Assembly (NCBI GenBank): GCA_003212375.1
Contig: QCPY01000003.1
Location: forward strand, 12,308-76,307
Length of the DNA: 64,000 bases
From: Prochlorococcus sp. AG-442-N17
Lineage (GTDB): Bacteria; Cyanobacteriota; Cyanobacteriia; PCC-6307; Cyanobiaceae
Direction of reading: 5' to 3'
Below are positions 60,141-64,000 of this stretch, one piece after another. Position numbers and translations under genes: made by a program. Numbering within the stretch: position 1 is the first letter of the stretch; each line of letters opens with the position of its first letter. Under the pieces are notes generated by a model that saw only the letters and a program-made list of their open reading frames with translations, did no database searches and was not told the origin of the DNA.

Positions 60141-61661
60141 TTAGAGCGAATTATTCGTCACAGCTAATATAGCCTTTAAAAAAGGGGTTTCAGATACTGC
60201 TGAATTAGCTAATTTAAAAAGAGGGTTAGAAAGTATTCCGCCTAATGCTGTTACAGCTGTACAAGTATATAATGCAATTCTTAGAGGAGGTAATCCGATA
60301 ATATTCCAGTTTATTTCAGGATAAGATTTAACTATTTCGGAAGCTTCTTGGGGTTCTTTAACTACCATCATTTTTATAACTGAGATGTAGTAATAAATTG
60401 AAATTACTGAAGTCACTAATCCTACGATTACTAAAAGATATTGATGATTAGCCCAGCCTGCAAAGAACAAATATATTTTCCCAAAGAAACCTAACATAGG
60501 CGGCAGCCCACCAAGAGAAAGAAGACATAGGCTTAAACCCAATGTGATTAAAGGATCTTTTTGATAAAGGCCTGAATAATCTGTAATTCTATCTGAACCA
60601 GTTCTTAGAGAAAAAAGTATTACACATGAAAAAGCTCCCAAATTCATGAACAAGTATGCAGCTAAATATAAGACAGCTGCTGATAGACCATCTTGAGTCC
60701 CAGATACTATGCCAATCATTACAAAACCAGCTTGGCCAATCGAACTGTAAGCTAACATTCTTTTCATTGAGGTTTGGGCCAATGCAACAATGTTGCCTAA
60801 TACCATACTTAAGATGGCTAAAATCGTAAATAATAATTTCCATTGTTCATCAAAAGAAGAAAAAGTAGTACTCAAAATTCGTATTGCGAAAGCAAATCCA
60901 GCAGTCTTAGAACCAACTGATAAAAAAGCAACTACTGGCGTTGGTGATCCTTCATAAACATCTGGAGTCCACTGATGAAATGGAACTGCTGCAATCTTAA
61001 ATGCAACTGTTGATAATACGAAAACTAGTGATAAGGATGTAATAAAAGATGGCTTATTTATTATCTCTGTTCCTATAGTTGATAAGTTTGTGGAACCACT
61101 TAAACCATAAAGAAATGAGGAACCATATAAATAAATTGCAGCAGCAGCTGAACCAACAAGAAGATATTTTAATGCAGCCTCTGAACTCCTTGGGTCTCTT
61201 TTGAGGTAACCAGAAAGTAGATAGCTTGCAACTGATAAAGTCTCTAAGGATATAAATACACTAACAAGGTCAGTAGATCCACACAAAAGCATGGCGCCTA
61301 AAGTTGCCGATAAAACTATTGCAGCGAACTCACCTATTGGACTACCACTCTGTTCTGTATAACGCCAACTAATTAGTAGTGATATCAGAGTAGATAATGC
61401 AATTATTGATCTAAATGCAATAGCTAGATTATCTGAATTAAAAGAGCCAAGGAATGCATTATTAACTGGGTTACTCCACTGTAAAGCGAGACTTACAAGA
61501 GAACTCCCTAATGAAATATAACAAATTAAAGGTGCCAACTTTGAGGCAGTTTTTTCGCCAGCTAGATCAACAAGAAGAGTGCCAACAATACCAACCAAAA
61601 TGAAAGCTTCTGGAATAATTGCTTGTGCATTTAAATTAATTGTAAAGATTTCGTTGGGCAC
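60141..61661 (-). CDS. ndhB: NAD(P)H-quinone oxidoreductase subunit 2
   Basis: [32 protein letters not shown]. Confidence 0.97.
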   Translation of the reverse strand: MPNEIFTINLNAQAIIPEAFILVGIVGTLLVDLAGEKTASKLAPLICYISLGSSLVSLALQWSNPVNNAFLGSFNSDNLAIAFRSIIALSTLISLLISWRYTEQSGSPIGEFAAIVLSATLGAMLLCGSTDLVSVFISLETLSVASYLLSGYLKRDPRSSEAALKYLLVGSAAAAIYLYGSSFLYGLSGSTNLSTIGTEIINKPSFITSLSLVFVLSTVAFKIAAVPFHQWTPDVYEGSPTPVVAFLSVGSKTAGFAFAIRILSTTFSSFDEQWKLLFTILAILSMVLGNIVALAQTSMKRMLAYSSIGQAGFVMIGIVSGTQDGLSAAVLYLAAYLFMNLGAFSCVILFSLRTGSDRITDYSGLYQKDPLITLGLSLCLLSLGGLPPMLGFFGKIYLFFAGWANHQYLLVIVGLVTSVISIYYYISVIKMMVVKEPQEASEIVKSYPEINWNIIGLPPLRIALYTCTAVTALGGILSNPLFKLANSAVSETPFLKAILAVTNNSL

Positions 61662-61828
61662 TTAATTAAATTGGATGATTGATTGTAAGGATGTAATAGT
61701 TAATCTTAACTTGATTATAATTTGTGGGTATGATTTTTGAAATTCTCGAACAATATTGCTTGAAGAAGTTTCAATTAATCATAATATGCCTTAATTGATT
61801 AAAAAACACCATTTTATTGAAATAGACC

Positions 61829-64000
61829 TTGGATCACACACTTGTTATTGTTGAAAGTCCTACGAAGGCAAAAACTATAAGAAGGTTTTTGCCTCCAAAT
61901 TATCAAGTTTTAGCTTCTATGGGACATGTAAGAGACCTTCCAAAAGGAGCTGCTGAAATCCCTGCATCGCTTAAAAAAGAAAAATGGTCAAAATTGGGAG
62001 TCAACACCCAAGAAAACTTTGAACCAATTTATGTTATTCCTAAAGATAAGAAAAAAATAGTTAAAGAGATAAAAGATGCTCTTAAAGGCGCTACTGAACT
62101 ACTTTTAGCTACTGATGAAGACAGAGAAGGAGAAAGTATCAGCTGGCATTTAATGAATATTCTCAAACCTAAAATTCCCACAAAAAGAATGGTTTTCCAT
62201 GAAATTACTAAAACTGCCATAAAGAAAGCACTTGACCAAACAAGAGAAATAGATATGGAACTTGTACAAGCTCAGGAAACAAGAAGAATATTAGATAGAT
62301 TAGTTGGCTATGAGCTATCCCCTTTGCTTTGGAAGAAAGTAGCTAGGTTTAAAGGAGCAAAAATTCTTTCTGCGGGAAGGGTTCAGTCAGTTTCTGTAAG
62401 ATTATTAGTTAATAAGGAAAAGGAACGTAGATCATTTAAGAAATCTTCATATTGGGACCTTAAAGCAATTTTATCGCAAGATAATATAAGTTTTGAAACT
62501 AAATTATTTAGTTTTGATAATCAAAAAATTGCTAGTGGCTCAGATTTTGACGAAAAAACAGGAAATCTAAAAAAGGGTAATAAATCTCTTATTTTGAATG
62601 AAAATTCAGCAAAGACTTTGTTGGATTCTTTTTTAAAGGAAAATTGGAGAGTTGCAAATATTGAGAAAAAACCTTCTATCAGAAAACCAGTGGCTCCATT
62701 TACGACAAGTACCCTCCAACAAGAAGCGAATAGAAAACTACGTTTATCTACTAGAGAAACAATGAGATGTGCTCAAGGTTTATATGAAAGAGGATTTATA
62801 ACTTATATGAGAACCGACTCAGTTCATTTGTCCGAACAAGCCATTAGAGCTTCCCGGGAATGTGTTAAAAAAAAATATGGTAAAGAATATCTTTCTTTTG
62901 AACCTAGGCAATTTAATTCAAAATCCAGAAACGCTCAAGAAGCTCATGAAGCAATAAGACCAGCTGGAGAGGAGTTTAAGATACCTTCAGAAACAGAATT
63001 GAATGGTAGAGATTTATCTCTATATGAGTTGATCTGGAAAAGAACAGTAGCAAGTCAGATGGCTGAGGCAAAATTGACAATGATAAATGTAGAAATATCT
63101 GTGGGTAATGCAATTTTTAAATCAAGTGGAAAGATAATAGATTTTCCTGGATTTTTTCGAGCTTATGTTGAGGGATCTGATGATCCAAGTTTAGCGCTTG
63201 AACAACAGGAGGTTATTCTTCCAAATTTAATTAAGGGATCTAACTTAGAGGTAATTAGTAAAGAAGCTATTCCTCATGAAACTAAACCCCCAGCAAGATA
63301 TTCAGAAGCTGCATTGGTAAAAGTTCTTGAAAAAGAAGGAATTGGAAGGCCATCAACTTACTCGAGTATTATCGGTACTATTGTCGACAGAGGTTATGCT
63401 CAACTTTCTTCAAATACCTTAGCTCCAACATTTACAGCTTTTGCTGTTACAGCTTTATTGGAAGAACATTTTCCTGAGTTAGTAGATACGACTTTTACTG
63501 CAAAAATGGAATCATCATTAGATGAGATTTCTTCTGGAAATCTTGAGTGGCTTCCCTATCTAGAAACTTTTTATAAAGGTAAAAATGGACTTAAATCAAA
63601 AGTAGAAAAAAGAGAAGATGATATTGATGGGAAAGCATATAGACAAGTAGATTTTGAAGATTTACCTTGTGTTGTCAAAATTGGATCTAACGGCCCATGG
63701 CTCGAAGGTGTAAAAATAGATGAATCAGGTAAAGAAATACAGGCAAAAGGTAATCTCCCAATGGATATTATTCCTGGAGATTTAGATAAAAAGAAAGTTG
63801 ATCAAATTTTAAGCGGTCCTTCAGATCTAGGCTTAGATCCAAAAACTGGTGAAAAAGTTTTTTTAAGATTTGGTCCATGGGGCCCATATGTTCAGTTAGG
63901 TAATAATGAAGAAAATAAAGGAAAACCCAGAACAGCTTCATTACCCAAAGAATTAAAGACTGATGACTTGACTTTAGAGCAAGCCCTGAAATTATTAAGT
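61829..64000 (+). CDS. topA: DNA topoisomerase I, runs off the window end (absent from the ORF track)
   Basis: TTG start MDHTLVIVESPTKAK; GHVRDL, ATDEDREGE, SAGRVQS, ITYMRTDS. Confidence 0.96.
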   Translation, partial: MDHTLVIVESPTKAKTIRRFLPPNYQVLASMGHVRDLPKGAAEIPASLKKEKWSKLGVNTQENFEPIYVIPKDKKKIVKEIKDALKGATELLLATDEDREGESISWHLMNILKPKIPTKRMVFHEITKTAIKKALDQTREIDMELVQAQETRRILDRLVGYELSPLLWKKVARFKGAKILSAGRVQSVSVRLLVNKEKERRSFKKSSYWDLKAILSQDNISFETKLFSFDNQKIASGSDFDEKTGNLKKGNKSLILNENSAKTLLDSFLKENWRVANIEKKPSIRKPVAPFTTSTLQQEANRKLRLSTRETMRCAQGLYERGFITYMRTDSVHLSEQAIRASRECVKKKYGKEYLSFEPRQFNSKSRNAQEAHEAIRPAGEEFKIPSETELNGRDLSLYELIWKRTVASQMAEAKLTMINVEISVGNAIFKSSGKIIDFPGFFRAYVEGSDDPSLALEQQEVILPNLIKGSNLEVISKEAIPHETKPPARYSEAALVKVLEKEGIGRPSTYSSIIGTIVDRGYAQLSSNTLAPTFTAFAVTALLEEHFPELVDTTFTAKMESSLDEISSGNLEWLPYLETFYKGKNGLKSKVEKREDDIDGKAYRQVDFEDLPCVVKIGSNGPWLEGVKIDESGKEIQAKGNLPMDIIPGDLDKKKVDQILSGPSDLGLDPKTGEKVFLRFGPWGPYVQLGNNEENKGKPRTASLPKELKTDDLTLEQALKLLS

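Overview
AT-rich (roughly 30% GC by eye) picocyanobacterial chromosome. Gene content and order point to Prochlorococcus, probably a high-light ecotype. About 17.2-64 kb is ordinary core genome: aroQ-miaE-cobI-der-pipX-pipY-sepF-proC, recO, hpf, lipB, aas, pdhC, queA, cysK, rpsD, murE, mqo, lepA, a photolyase cluster, rsmB, chlG, hisF, ndhB and a partial topA. It also holds a glutamine (Downstream-peptide) riboswitch with an NtcA box. Positions 1-17 kb are the right end of a genomic island at the 3' end of tRNA-Thr(GGT), next to tRNA-Tyr, with a tyrosine integrase. The main observation is a three-gene core in the island: a membrane-anchored TPR-CHAT caspase-like protease, a single-pass DUF1822-like/DUF928-like protein and a divergent sigma70-like protein. 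Around this core, seven genes or operons each carry the same bipartite upstream motif, GGAATCA-N13/14-GAACTA. They encode TPR proteins, a MoxR-AAA/vWA-metallopeptidase operon, an M48 peptidase and a small protein. The motif is always in gene orientation, with its second box starting 33-39 nt before the start codon. I infer a self-contained, protease-gated alternative-sigma regulon on a mobile island. The motif is read directly from the sequence. Family assignments are from motif recognition without database searches, and the mechanism is inference.
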